A stretch of 64,000 nucleotides of DNA from an uncultured Verrucomicrobiae bacterium (lineage in GTDB: Bacteria > Verrucomicrobiota > Verrucomicrobiia > Limisphaerales > Palsa-1400), in contig CAVXRD010000001.1 of the NCBI GenBank assembly GCA_963764165.1, positions 128,001 to 192,000 of the forward strand. The letters are read 5' to 3'. Within the stretch, counting starts at the first letter, position 1. Each line of letters begins with the position of its first letter. Below the pieces are notes generated by a model that was not told the DNA's origin, ran no database searches, and saw only the letters and a list, made by a program, of their open reading frames with translations. Shown here one piece after another: positions 8,731 to 18,764 of this stretch. A program made the position numbers and the translations under genes.

Positions 8731-11256
8731 TTGGAGACTCGTTGCATGGAAGTCGCCGAGGCCATTGACCCGCCGAAGAAATCCACGCGGTCTTCCGCGA
8801 TGGAACAGTTGCTTCGCTGGTTTGCGAAGAATCGTTGGAAGCCTTTTCCGTTTCAGCGCCAGGCATGGGATGACTGCCTCGATGGAAAGAGCGGACTGAT
8901 CCATGCGCCAACCGGCACCGGCAAAACTTACGCAGTCGCCCTCCCGCCAATGATCGGCTGGCTGGCGAAGAATCCGGAACGCCCGGGGTGGCCCGAAACG
9001 GTTCCGTTGACGGTTCTCTGGATTACTCCGTTGCGAGCGCTGGCCAATGACACGGCGCAATCCATTTTGAAACCCATCACCGATCTCAGCTTGCCGTGGA
9101 CAGTTGAATTGCGGACGGGCGATACATCGGCGGCATTGCGAGCCAGACATCGCGAGCGTTTTCCAACCGTGTTTATCACCACGCCGGAAAGCCTTTCGCT
9201 GTTGCTTTCCTATGCGGACAGCTACGAGAAACTGGCCTCGCTGCAATTCATTATCGTTGACGAATGGCATGATCTTCTCGGGACGAAACGCGGCGTGCAG
9301 ACGGAGCTTTGCCTGGCTCGCTTGCGGCATTGGATGCCCCATCTTCGCACTTGGGGGCTTTCCGCGACGCTTGGCAACTTGGACCAGGCGTTGCGCGTGT
9401 TGACCGGCGATGCGGCGGCAAACGCTTCGCTCATTTCCGGCGATTTGAAAAAGAAGGTGGAAATCGAAGTCGTCATTCCAGAAAAGGTGGAGTCGTTTCC
9501 GTGGGCCGGGCATCTTGGCCTCGATCTCCTGCCGGAGGTTGTCAAACGCCTCGAGAAACATCCAACCACCCTGCTCTTCACCAACACGCGTTCGCAGACT
9601 GAAATCTGGTTTCAAGAATTGCGCAAGGCGCGGCCAGATTGGGAATCAGAAATTGGTGTCCATCACGGTTCGATAAGCCGCGATGCGCGTGAAAACGTGG
9701 AGGCGCGGTTGCGAGCGGGCACAATCCGCTGCGTCGTTTGCACGGCGAGCCTCGATCTCGGCGTCGATTTTTCGCCGGTGTCGCAAGTCATTCAAATCGG
9801 CGCGCCGAAAGGCGTCGCGCGCATGTTGCAACGGGCGGGCCGCAGCGGGCACCGGCCGGGCGCGGTCAGCAAAATTGTGTGCGTGCCAGCGCACGCCTTG
9901 GAATTGGTGGAATTCGCGGCCGTGCGCGAAGCCATCGCCGGCGGGGAATTGGAGGCGCGCCCGCCGTTGGAACATCCGCTGGACGTTCTCGCGCAGCATA
10001 TGGTGACGGTGGCGCTGGGCAGCGGTTTCATCGAGGCGGATTTTTTTGAGGAAGTGCGCAAGAGCCACGCTTATCGCGACCTCACGCGCGAGGAATGGCA
10101 ATGGTGCCTTGATTTCGTCGTGCGCGGCGGAGCGGCGTTGCGGGCCTATCCGCAATATGCGCGCGTCGTCGAGGAGAATGGAGTTTATGTGGTTCAGGAT
10201 TTGGAAATCGGCCGGCTGCATCGAATGTCCGTGGGCACCATCACCAGCGATAGCGCGATGGCGGTGCGCGTGATGCGCGGACCAATGCTCGGCACAATTG
10301 AGGAATCCTTTATCGGACGTCTCAAACCCGGCTCGAAATTCTCATTCGCAGGATTCACTTTGGAATTGGTGCGGGTGCGCGACATGACAGCGTATGTCCG
10401 CAAAGTAAGAAAATTGAGCGGCACCGTTCCGCAATGGATGGGAGGCAAAATGCCGCTCTCCACGCAATTAGCCGCTGTTGTTCGCCGCAAGCTGGCCGAA
10501 GCGCGATGCGGGAAGTTCACTGGCGCAGAAATGCGGGCCGCCGCTCCCATTCTAAAAATCCAAAACAAATGGTCGCGCCTTCCCAATCCAGACGAACTCC
10601 TCGTCGAGCGTTGGGAAATGAAGGGCGGCACTCATCATTTCATCTTCCCGTTTGCGGGGCGGCTCGTGCATGAAGGGCTGGCCGCGCTGGCGGCTTATCG
10701 CGTCTCGCAAATTCTCCCCGTCTCCATTGCGATGACGCTCAACGATTACGGCATTGGCCTTCTGTCCGGCTCAACCTTCAAATTAACCGATGACCAATGG
10801 CGGAAGGTCTTTCGTTCCGAAAATCTATTCGACGATCTGGCAGCCTGCTTGAACTCCGCCGAACTCGCCCGCCGCCAATTTCGCGAGGTCGCGCGAATCG
10901 CCGGTCTCATCTTTCAAGGCTACCCCGGGCAAAGCAAATCCGCGCGCCAGCTTCAAGCCTCCAGCGGTTTGTTCTATGATGTCTTTGTGCGTTACGATCC
11001 AAAAAATCTGCTGCTGCAACAAGCCCAGCGCGAAGTGTGGGAAAAACAATTGGAAACCAGCCGCCTCGCCGCGACCCTTCGCGACATCTGCGGAATGAAG
11101 CTGGTTTGCTGCGAGATTCCGCGCTTGAGCCCCCTTTCATTTCCGTTGTGGGCTTCGTTTGTCCAGGCCAACATCACTTCCGAGCAATGGTCCGAGCGCG
11201 TCAAGCGCATGGCGCTGCAACTCCAGAACGCCGCGGCTTCCGACCTCGCCAAATGA
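8731..11256 (+). CDS. Ligase-associated DNA damage response DEXH helicase (Lhr-core)
   Basis: APTGTGKT, DEWH, SAT, HHGS, SLDLGVDF, QRAGRSGH. Overlaps pdeM by ATGA. Confidence 0.92.
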   Translation: METRCMEVAEAIDPPKKSTRSSAMEQLLRWFAKNRWKPFPFQRQAWDDCLDGKSGLIHAPTGTGKTYAVALPPMIGWLAKNPERPGWPETVPLTVLWITPLRALANDTAQSILKPITDLSLPWTVELRTGDTSAALRARHRERFPTVFITTPESLSLLLSYADSYEKLASLQFIIVDEWHDLLGTKRGVQTELCLARLRHWMPHLRTWGLSATLGNLDQALRVLTGDAAANASLISGDLKKKVEIEVVIPEKVESFPWAGHLGLDLLPEVVKRLEKHPTTLLFTNTRSQTEIWFQELRKARPDWESEIGVHHGSISRDARENVEARLRAGTIRCVVCTASLDLGVDFSPVSQVIQIGAPKGVARMLQRAGRSGHRPGAVSKIVCVPAHALELVEFAAVREAIAGGELEARPPLEHPLDVLAQHMVTVALGSGFIEADFFEEVRKSHAYRDLTREEWQWCLDFVVRGGAALRAYPQYARVVEENGVYVVQDLEIGRLHRMSVGTITSDSAMAVRVMRGPMLGTIEESFIGRLKPGSKFSFAGFTLELVRVRDMTAYVRKVRKLSGTVPQWMGGKMPLSTQLAAVVRRKLAEARCGKFTGAEMRAAAPILKIQNKWSRLPNPDELLVERWEMKGGTHHFIFPFAGRLVHEGLAALAAYRVSQILPVSIAMTLNDYGIGLLSGSTFKLTDDQWRKVFRSENLFDDLAACLNSAELARRQFREVARIAGLIFQGYPGQSKSARQLQASSGLFYDVFVRYDPKNLLLQQAQREVWEKQLETSRLAATLRDICGMKLVCCEIPRLSPLSFPLWASFVQANITSEQWSERVKRMALQLQNAAASDLAK

Positions 11257-11924
11257 CGAGCATCGAAATTGATTGCGCCGGCGAAAAACTCCGCCTGCTT
11301 CCCGAGAAAGCGGTTCACTGGCCCGCCGCGGACACGCTTATCGTGGCCGACTTGCATTTCGGCAAACCCGCCGCCTTTCGCGCCTCGGGAATCGGAGTTC
11401 CAGAGGCAACCACTGCAACGGATTTGGAGCGACTGACAAAGCTTCTCCACGAGACAAAAGCAAGCCGCCTTGTCATCTGCGGCGACTTCACGCATGCCGC
11501 GAAAGGGATGCAGGCTGTGATGATGGGGGCGCTTGAAAAATGGCGCGGCGAGCATTCGCCAATCGAGATGATTCTCGTCGCTGGAAACCATGACCGGCGT
11601 TGCGATCCATTGCCGCAGCATTGGAATATTGTTGACGCTGGTCTGAGTTGGAATTGCAAACCGTTCGTGTTCACGCACGCACCCGGAAAAAGCAAATCCG
11701 GCTACGTCATTGCCGGGCACCTTCATCCCGCCATCGTGCTGTGGGAGAAGTTTGGCCCCTCCGTGCGCGCGCCGGCGTTTTGGTTCGGGGAGCGCGAGGC
11801 TGTTCTGCCCGCCTTCGGCAGCTTCACCGGCATGAGCCCGATTCGCCCTGAGCGCGGCGATCGCGTTTTCGCGGTGGGCAATGGTGAAATCATCCAGGTG
11901 TGCCCGGGGAGACGTAATTCTTGA
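11253..11924 (+). CDS. pdeM: Ligase-associated metallophosphoesterase/endonuclease PdeM
   Basis: ADLHFGK, GDFTH, GNHD, GHLHP, LPAFGSFTG. ATG at 11253 is coupled to the helicase stop. Confidence 0.9.
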   Translation: MTSIEIDCAGEKLRLLPEKAVHWPAADTLIVADLHFGKPAAFRASGIGVPEATTATDLERLTKLLHETKASRLVICGDFTHAAKGMQAVMMGALEKWRGEHSPIEMILVAGNHDRRCDPLPQHWNIVDAGLSWNCKPFVFTHAPGKSKSGYVIAGHLHPAIVLWEKFGPSVRAPAFWFGEREAVLPAFGSFTGMSPIRPERGDRVFAVGNGEIIQVCPGRRNS

Positions 11925-12275
11925 CACCCTGCTCTCGCGGCCCGGTGTGAGACAGAATTCTTCTTTAAGAATTAGATTGCGTCAGAATGTCCAGGCATTC
12001 AGCAGGCATGCGCGCGCTTCCGTGCGCGAGGGAAAATCTCCGGGCCGCCGAAGCGCCGTAGGCGCGGCACGTTTGTAGAAAACAATCCGAAAACATGCCC
12101 AGAGAACATGAGTGCGCAGAGGGATACAAAGGCAAATCCGCACTGATGAACCCGTATTCAGGGAAATGCCCAAAGGCGTAGCGCAGACTTCCAAGCCTGC
12201 TGGCCGCGACCTGCGACCGGCACCTTAGAATAGCCGATGCGAATCGCACCAATAGTGTGCCAAGCGGATTAAAAG

Positions 12276-12346
12276 AAAAACGTCGCGGAGAACCGCGCCG
12301 TTGGTGTGCATAGCCACCATATTACCCAGCATAGTGGCTAAGCAGC
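12276..12346. repeat. Diverged direct copy of the ahcY 3' UTR and terminator
   Basis: Ungapped 71-bp alignment to 14722-14792 with 11 mismatches counted by hand. Confidence 0.8.
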
Positions 12347-12466
12347 CCCCTTGGGGTAGGCGGTCTGGTTTGGGTTGCCGACTGCATCGTGCGCATGGCC
12401 GTTGCCGGGCGAATCCGGAATGGCAAGAAAATTGAACAACAAGCACCGTTTATTCACGCCAATCAA

Positions 12467-13069
12467 TCAAGTCGCGTCATTTGAAAGAACCCGGTGAATG
12501 TTCGGATAAAATTCCACTGGAAACCCTTCTATCAATGGCTTGCCGTCGTAATCATTGATATTGCCTGACGCGCCGTGCGCGATAAGAATTTCTGCCACCC
12601 GGGCATAGCGCCGTTCATCTTCGCCCCGTTCTATCTTATAGTCGGTAATATCCATCGCACCCAGTTGTCCAAGCGCGTCAGCCGGCACGGGAAATCCTGC
12701 GGCAACCATGATCTCGACAATGTCCGCCCTGCCGTGGAAAGTGGCCAGTTCAAGAGGGGAAGATGCGCCATATTTGAAATCGCTGTTTGCCCCATGCGAA
12801 ATGGCTTTGCGCGCAAGTTCGGCGTCTTCGCAAAAAATTGCGGCAATCAACTCGGCGTCACCACGCCGGGAAGTGTTTGCCCCCGCTTCTTCCAAAATCT
12901 GTGCTGCGTCGTGCAAGCCGCTGCGAAGCGCCACCATGAAAGCAGTCCATCCGTCTGTCTCCGCATCCTCCAACCCCGCTCCTTGAGCGATCAGCCGGCG
13001 AAGCTCAGCTAAATCGGTTGGATCCTGGGGTTGACGATTCGCCACCCATGACTCGCCCTTTGTTGCCAT
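12467..13069 (-). CDS. Ankyrin-repeat protein
   Basis: DGWTAFMVA...ILEEAGAN, SPLELATFHGRADIVEIMVAAG, EILIAHGA. Start is uncertain (13069 or 13123). Confidence 0.75.
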   Translation of the reverse strand: MATKGESWVANRQPQDPTDLAELRRLIAQGAGLEDAETDGWTAFMVALRSGLHDAAQILEEAGANTSRRGDAELIAAIFCEDAELARKAISHGANSDFKYGASSPLELATFHGRADIVEIMVAAGFPVPADALGQLGAMDITDYKIERGEDERRYARVAEILIAHGASGNINDYDGKPLIEGFPVEFYPNIHRVLSNDAT

Positions 13070-13113
13070 TGAATAGACTAGGTGCAAGATCTCATGCATA
13101 GCGTGGTGCGTCA

Positions 13114-13581
13114 TCATATCCATCTCAAATTTCGCCTCATTTTAAGCAATCCAACAAATAATCCGACCGAAACAGTAAGACAGACACAAAAAAGCCCCAA
13201 AAACAAAAAATACCCCAATGTGGACGTAACGGTTCCAGCATTCGCCCTATCGCGCAATACTTCGGCGTTGGGCCAAAACCACTCTCTAAATGCGCTAACA
13301 ATAACCGATGCAAAGCACGCTCCCGCTGACAAGATGCCAGATAAGCTGCCGAACCAAGCAAGCCGGCTCCGGAAGAAAAGAAAGATCGCCGAGACGAACC
13401 AAATGTAAACCAACCAAGTAAACACAACGCCATAAATCGGCATTGGTCCTGCAGGAGCGGGCGGAGGCGGAGCCGAGGTAACAAAACGCCAATTATCGGG
13501 CCAGATGGTCATCAAGAAGAACCATGCGGCCAAAATCAAATTACCGACACGCGTAGTCATATTGCGGATCGGAGTGAGCAT
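13114..13581 (-). CDS. Hypothetical membrane protein (about 4 TM)
   Basis: Several hydrophobic helices. No recognised family. Confidence 0.55.
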   Translation of the reverse strand: MLTPIRNMTTRVGNLILAAWFFLMTIWPDNWRFVTSAPPPPAPAGPMPIYGVVFTWLVYIWFVSAIFLFFRSRLAWFGSLSGILSAGACFASVIVSAFREWFWPNAEVLRDRANAGTVTSTLGYFLFLGLFCVCLTVSVGLFVGLLKMRRNLRWI

Positions 13582-13631
13582 ACGATGCCGAATTGTGATT
13601 ATGCAACTCCAGTCGCAGATGTTGGCACATT

Positions 13632-14219
13632 ATGGAAAACGCTCGATTTCCACCGCAAACCGGCCAGTCTGTCCGCATGGTTGCGAAGCCCAAACTCGTC
13701 CTCTGCCTCGGCCTGGTTTTGAGCGGTGGTTTGCTTGGCTGCTCCACAACAAATCAGCGTGATAACTGGCCCGTGTTCTATGATAGCGAGAAGGGGCCAA
13801 CCCAACTTTCAATTTCGCGCGAGGCACAATCCATCGATTTTTACACAAATGGAATCCCGGCTTGGAATTATGATTTGCCTGTCCCGGCGGCAAAAATCAA
13901 CTCGCCTGTGATGAAGGATTTAGGTGACGTGGGCGGATTGCGGGTCATCGAGGTGCGGCTTGCTTTGACAGACACGTATTATACCGACGCGGTGATGATT
14001 TTGGAGGAAGTCGATTCCGGGCGCTTTTTACCGGTTTATGTTCAGGACTACAACCGTCAAGTCCGCTGGCCAACCGCCAACAGCATTACCAAAGAAAAGA
14101 AGCAACTTACGGTCAATGCAGGCATGGAGTACGCAGGAACCGGCCATTTCCACAATCATTACAAAATTGCCATTATGCCGGACCGTAATCCGGCTGTCGC
14201 AAATGAAAACAGCCGGTAG
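13632..14219 (+). CDS. Hypothetical lipoprotein
   Basis: Hydrophobic stretch ending LLGC. The true start may be about 13677 (MVAKPK). Confidence 0.55.
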   Translation: MENARFPPQTGQSVRMVAKPKLVLCLGLVLSGGLLGCSTTNQRDNWPVFYDSEKGPTQLSISREAQSIDFYTNGIPAWNYDLPVPAAKINSPVMKDLGDVGGLRVIEVRLALTDTYYTDAVMILEEVDSGRFLPVYVQDYNRQVRWPTANSITKEKKQLTVNAGMEYAGTGHFHNHYKIAIMPDRNPAVANENSR

Positions 14220-14520
14220 CGGCTAATACCACGTAACAGTGTAATTGCAATATTAATTGACATTTCAGCATTGCCGCCCTATTTTTCCCTGTCGCCGTCA
14301 GGCGTGTTCTTTGACATTTTGCGTTCGTTTCAAGTGGCGAGGAACCTCTGCTCTGCGTCTCCGCGCGAGATTTCGTTTCATGCCACAATGGAACCAAACC
14401 GCGTTCACAGAGGGAAAGAGATCTCTCGCGCAGAGAAGATGAGTGCGCAGAGGGATACAAAGGCAAATCCGCATCCCACTGAAAATGGGGGGACTATCAA
14501 AACTGGGTGGGATTCCGAGT

Positions 14521-14594
14521 GAATATTTGGGCCGACACGCCGGTCTGCCCTACCAAATTGGGGTAGGGCGGTGCTGCGCCGCCGCCCCAATATT
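14521..14594. repeat. REP-like element (inverted copy at 46358-46431)
   Basis: AATATTTGGGC...CTGCCCTACCAAATTGGGGTAGGGCGGTGCTGCGCCGCCGCCCCAATATT. A related reverse-complement copy lies upstream of the RHS gene. Confidence 0.75.
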
Positions 14595-14721
14595 GCTGGA
14601 GCCTCACCCAATTTCAATTGCGCCCCTTAAATCGTGGTCAAGGCGTTGCACGCTATTGCACCCTATTGCACCCTTGGCTTTTTCGCGCCAAAAACCTCAT
14701 TGTGCCCCCACCAAGTTAAGC

Positions 14722-14748
14722 AAAAACGGCGCGGAAAACCGCGCCGTT
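14722..14748 (-). terminator. Intrinsic terminator after ahcY
   Basis: Minus strand AACGGCGCGG-TTTT-CCGCGCCGTT-TTT, 50 bp after the ahcY stop. Confidence 0.8.
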
Positions 14749-14797
14749 GATGTGCATAGTAACTATACTGCCCAGCATCGTGGCTGAGCCGCACCGC

Positions 14798-16270
14798 TTA
14801 ATAGCGATAATGGTCGGGCTTGTAGGGGCCTTCGGGCGAAACGCCGAGGTACTTGGCCTGTTTCGTGGTCAGCTTCGTGAGCTTGACGCCGATTTTTTCC
14901 AAGTGCAGGCGGGCCACTTCTTCGTCCAATTTCTTGGGCAGGCGGTAAACGTCCGGCTTGTAAGTTGCCTTGTTCGCCCACAGGTCAAGCTGGGCCAGCA
15001 CCTGGTTGGAGAACGAGTTCGACATCACGAAGCTCGGATGGCCGGTGGCGCAACCAAGGTTCACCAAACGTCCCTCGGCCAGCAAATAGATGCTGTTGCC
15101 TTTCGGGAAGGTGTATTTGTCCACCTGCGGTTTGATGTTCAGTTTCTTGACACCGGGAGCGGCGTTCAAGCGGTCGACTTGGATTTCGTTGTCGAAGTGG
15201 CCGATGTTGCAGACGATGGCCTGATCTTTCATCTTGGCCAAATGCTCAACCGTGATGACGTCGCAATTGCCGGTGCAGGTGACGTAAATGTCCGCCGTGC
15301 CGAGCGTGTCTTCGATGGGCGCGACTTCAAAACCTTCCATCGCCGCCTGCAAGGCGTTGATGGGATCGATTTCTGTGACAATCACGCGGGCGCCGAAACC
15401 GCGCAATGAGTGCGCCGAACCTTTGCCGACGTCGCCATAACCGCAGACGCAAGCGACTTTGCCGGCGACCATGACATCGGTCGCGCGCTTGATGCCGTCC
15501 GCCAGCGATTCGCGGCAGCCGTAAAGGTTGTCGAACTTCGATTTGGTGACAGAGTCGTTGACGTTGATGGCCGGGACAAGGAGCTTGCCGACTTCCTTCA
15601 TCTGGTAGAGGCGATGGACGCCGGTGGTCGTTTCTTCGCTGACGCCCTTCCAATCCTTCACCACGGTATGCCAGAACTTCGGTTGTTCCTTGGCCACGCG
15701 CTTGAGGAGGTTCTTGATGACGTCTTCTTCGTGCGAAGCGCTGGGCGTGTTGACCCAATTGTCGCCGTTTTCCAATTCATAACCCTTATGGATGAGCAAC
15801 GTGGCGTCGCCGCCGTCGTCAACGATCAATTCCGGGCCGAGGCCCTTCGGGAAAGCCAGCGCGCGGAAGGTGCAATCCCAATATTCTTCCAGCGATTCAC
15901 CCTTCCAGGCGAAGACCGGGATGCCAGCTTTGGCAATCGCCGCGGCGGCGTGGTCTTGCGTCGAGAAAATGTTGCAACTGGCCCAGCGCACATTGGCGCC
16001 GAGGGCCGCGAGGCTTTCAATCAGCACCGCCGTCTCGATGGTCATGTGCAGCGAACCGGTGATTCGGACGCCTTTCAGCGGCTTGCTGGCGGCGTATTTC
16101 CGGCGGATCGACATAAGGCCGGGCATCTCGTGCTCGGAAATGTCGATGGCTTTGCGGCCCCATTCAGCGAGGCTGATGTCGGCGACTTTGTAATCGGCGG
16201 TGGTTCCATTTTTAACCGCCGGCGCGGCCAGCGATTTTGCGCGGCGCGAAGGAGTAAGTTTTACAGGCAT
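14798..16270 (-). CDS. ahcY: Adenosylhomocysteinase
   Basis: [62 protein letters not shown]-terminal YRY. Confidence 0.98.
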   Translation of the reverse strand: MPVKLTPSRRAKSLAAPAVKNGTTADYKVADISLAEWGRKAIDISEHEMPGLMSIRRKYAASKPLKGVRITGSLHMTIETAVLIESLAALGANVRWASCNIFSTQDHAAAAIAKAGIPVFAWKGESLEEYWDCTFRALAFPKGLGPELIVDDGGDATLLIHKGYELENGDNWVNTPSASHEEDVIKNLLKRVAKEQPKFWHTVVKDWKGVSEETTTGVHRLYQMKEVGKLLVPAINVNDSVTKSKFDNLYGCRESLADGIKRATDVMVAGKVACVCGYGDVGKGSAHSLRGFGARVIVTEIDPINALQAAMEGFEVAPIEDTLGTADIYVTCTGNCDVITVEHLAKMKDQAIVCNIGHFDNEIQVDRLNAAPGVKKLNIKPQVDKYTFPKGNSIYLLAEGRLVNLGCATGHPSFVMSNSFSNQVLAQLDLWANKATYKPDVYRLPKKLDEEVARLHLEKIGVKLTKLTTKQAKYLGVSPEGPYKPDHYRY

Positions 16271-16293
16271 AATATAGTTTTTAGTGGCGTTGG

Positions 16294-17472
16294 TTATTTG
16301 GCGGCTTTTTTCAAGGCAGCGGCCTTGTCCGTTTTTTCCCAGGTGATGCTGGCCAGATCGTCGATTTTGCCAAAATGGCCGTAATTGGTGGTCTTGGAAT
16401 AAATGGGGCGCAGCAAATTCAATTGCTTGATGATCGCGGCCGGCTTGAAGCTGAAGACCTGTTTGACTGCCTCCTCGATTTTCTCATCGCTGACGACGCC
16501 GGTGCCGAACGTATCGACACACACGGATACTGGGTCAGGATAGCCGATGGCGTAGGCGAATTGGATTTCCGCCCGCGTGGCCAATCCCGCCGCGACGATG
16601 TTCTTGGCGACGTAACGGCCCATGTAAGCCGCGCTGCGATCCACCTTGGACGGATCCTTGCCGCTGAACGCGCCGCCGCCATGCCGGCCCATGCCGCCGT
16701 AGCTGTCGACGATGATCTTGCGGCCGGTCAAACCGGTGTCACCCTGCGGGCCGCCGACGACGAAACGACCGGTCGGATTGATGAGGAACTGTGTTTTCTT
16801 GTCAAACAGTTCCGCTGGGAGAACCTTGTGAATGATTTCCTTGACGATGAAATCCACGATTTCCTTGTGCTTTACCTCCTCAGCGTGCTGCGTGGAGACG
16901 ACAACATTGACGATGCGGACGGGCTTTCCGTTTTCGTATTGCACCGAAACCTGCGTCTTGGAGTCCGGGCGGAGCCAGGCCACTTTGCCGGACTTGCGCA
17001 CGCGGGTTAATTCGCGACCGAGGCGATGGGCGAACATGACCGGCGCGGGCATCAATTCCGGCGTTTCATTGCAGGCGAAACCGAACATCAAACCCTGGTC
17101 ACCGGCGCCCTGCTCCGCCGTGTCCTTGCCTTCTGCCGCGCGGGCATCGACGCCCTGCGCGATATCCGGGCTCTGGCGCGTCAAAAGATTGGTGATGAAC
17201 ACCTTTTCCGCATGAAAAACGTCGTCATCATTGACGTAGCCGATCTCCGCAATGCATTCGCGGACGATGTCGTTGATGTTGACCTTGGCTTTGCTGGTAA
17301 TTTCTCCGCCGACCACCACCATGTTGCTCTTGGCATAGGTTTCGCAAGCCACGCGGCTGCGCGGATCCTGCTTCAGATATGCGTCCAGGACGGCATCAGA
17401 GATTGTGTCGCAGACTTTGTCCGGGTGGCCTTCCCCGACAGATTCGGATGAAAAAATGAAGTTCTTGTTCAT
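16294..17472 (-). CDS. metK: S-adenosylmethionine synthetase
   Basis: [26 protein letters not shown]. Confidence 0.98.
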   Translation of the reverse strand: MNKNFIFSSESVGEGHPDKVCDTISDAVLDAYLKQDPRSRVACETYAKSNMVVVGGEITSKAKVNINDIVRECIAEIGYVNDDDVFHAEKVFITNLLTRQSPDIAQGVDARAAEGKDTAEQGAGDQGLMFGFACNETPELMPAPVMFAHRLGRELTRVRKSGKVAWLRPDSKTQVSVQYENGKPVRIVNVVVSTQHAEEVKHKEIVDFIVKEIIHKVLPAELFDKKTQFLINPTGRFVVGGPQGDTGLTGRKIIVDSYGGMGRHGGGAFSGKDPSKVDRSAAYMGRYVAKNIVAAGLATRAEIQFAYAIGYPDPVSVCVDTFGTGVVSDEKIEEAVKQVFSFKPAAIIKQLNLLRPIYSKTTNYGHFGKIDDLASITWEKTDKAAALKKAAK

Positions 17473-17502
17473 GTTAAAAGTTGACAGATACTCGTATTAA
17501 CG

Positions 17503-17520
17503 TATCTTGATACGAAGATA
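17503..17520. promoter_or_regulatory. Candidate SahR/SamR-type operator
   Basis: Palindrome TATCTT-N6-AAGATA, overlapping a second dyad CGTATC-TT-GATACG, in the 85-bp divergent gap between metK and the regulator. Confidence 0.55.
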
Positions 17521-17557
17521 TATACAGTAAACCAAGCGACGGTCAAATTATATTTTC

Positions 17558-18487
17558 ATGTCCGGCACATTAAAAGCATTGCGCGCCCTTTCCGATCCCA
17601 CCCGACTCCGAATCGTGTCGCTTTTGGAGCGCTCTGAACTTTCCGTGAACGAGCTCCAAGAGATAACACATTTGGGGCAATCGCGCATCTCCACTCACTT
17701 GGGTTTATTGCAGGAATCAGGCTTGCTCGAATCACGCCGCGAGGGCAAGCGGACATTTTACCGCATCAAATCGCGCGCGGACCAAACCGCCAGTGAATTT
17801 GTCCAACTGGCCGTTCGCGGGGCAAAGGAGCTTCCCGAGCACGGCGCCGACGAATTAAATCTGAAACGCACCCTTATTCGCCGCACCGAGCAAGCGCAAG
17901 TCTACTTCAATCAAGTGGCGGGCCGGTTTGATCGCAGTTACGGCCCGGGCCGCTCATGGCAGGCGTTTGGGCAGCTCTTGTTGCGCGTGCTTCCCCCGCT
18001 CGTCATCGCCGACCTGGGTTCCGGCGAAGGGTTGCTCAGCGAACTCCTCGCCCGCCGGGCCAAGAAAGTCATCGCCGTCGACAACTCCGAAAAAATGGTC
18101 GCCTTCGGCGCGGAGAAGGCAAAGAAGAACAAGCTCAAGAACCTGGAATTTCGCCTCGGCGATTTGGAAAATCCGCCAATCCCACCCGACAGCGTCGACT
18201 TGGTCGTCCTCAGCCAGGCCCTGCACCACGCCGCCGTCCCGAAGACCGCGATGGCCAGCGCCCACAAAATCCTGCGCCCCGGCGGCCAGGTCATGATCTT
18301 GGACTTGCACCGCCACAACTTCGAGCAAGCCCATGAACTCTACGGCGACCGCTGGCTGGGATTCACCGAAACGGATTTGCATGGCTGGCTGGAAGAAGTC
18401 GGCTTCAAGCATGTGGAAGTTAGCATCGTCGCCAGAGAAGAAGACGAACCCCACTTTCAGACGCTCCTGGCCACCGGGGAGAAGTGA
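17558..18487 (+). CDS. ArsR-family regulator with C-terminal SAM-binding methyltransferase-like domain (SahR/SamR-like)
   Basis: ArsR HTH (ALSDPTRLRI...QSRISTHL...RREGK) plus DLGSGEG and LRPGG. Divergent from metK-ahcY. Confidence 0.88.
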   Translation: MSGTLKALRALSDPTRLRIVSLLERSELSVNELQEITHLGQSRISTHLGLLQESGLLESRREGKRTFYRIKSRADQTASEFVQLAVRGAKELPEHGADELNLKRTLIRRTEQAQVYFNQVAGRFDRSYGPGRSWQAFGQLLLRVLPPLVIADLGSGEGLLSELLARRAKKVIAVDNSEKMVAFGAEKAKKNKLKNLEFRLGDLENPPIPPDSVDLVVLSQALHHAAVPKTAMASAHKILRPGGQVMILDLHRHNFEQAHELYGDRWLGFTETDLHGWLEEVGFKHVEVSIVAREEDEPHFQTLLATGEK

Positions 18488-18543
18488 CTTCCTCGCCACA
18501 AATCGGTTTGCACCATGCGACCATTTCTGGCAGCTCTTCCAAC

Positions 18544-18748
18544 ATGACCATGGGCCGAGATAATGCGGGAAGTGGCTGAGTGGCCCTCGGATCGCCAGAA
18601 CGAATTGGCACCCTTCCTGTCGCATCTTCGACTTGAAAAAGACAGCGCTTGGCGGGCAGAAATGACGCGGCGCATTGACGACAAGAATCCCGCCAATTGG
18701 GTTTCCTTCCCAGAATGCAAGAAGGCTCTAACATCGCTCGGCTCCTGA
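18544..18748 (+). pseudogene. Orphan addiction-module antitoxin-like gene, probable +1 frameshift near the start
   Basis: Removing one G from ATGGGCC gives MTMAEIMREVAEWPSDRQNELA...AWRAEMTRRI, an antitoxin-like pattern. No toxin follows. Confidence 0.45.
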
Positions 18749-18764
18749 CCTGAAGCGGGGTGAA

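Noticed and set aside
12467..14230. Integron-like cassette array
   Set aside because: Genes are not co-oriented, I could not fold convincing attC sites, and there is no integrase.
17473..17557. SAM or SAH riboswitch ahead of metK-ahcY
   Set aside because: The gap is only 85 bp, AT-rich, and has no recognisable aptamer core.
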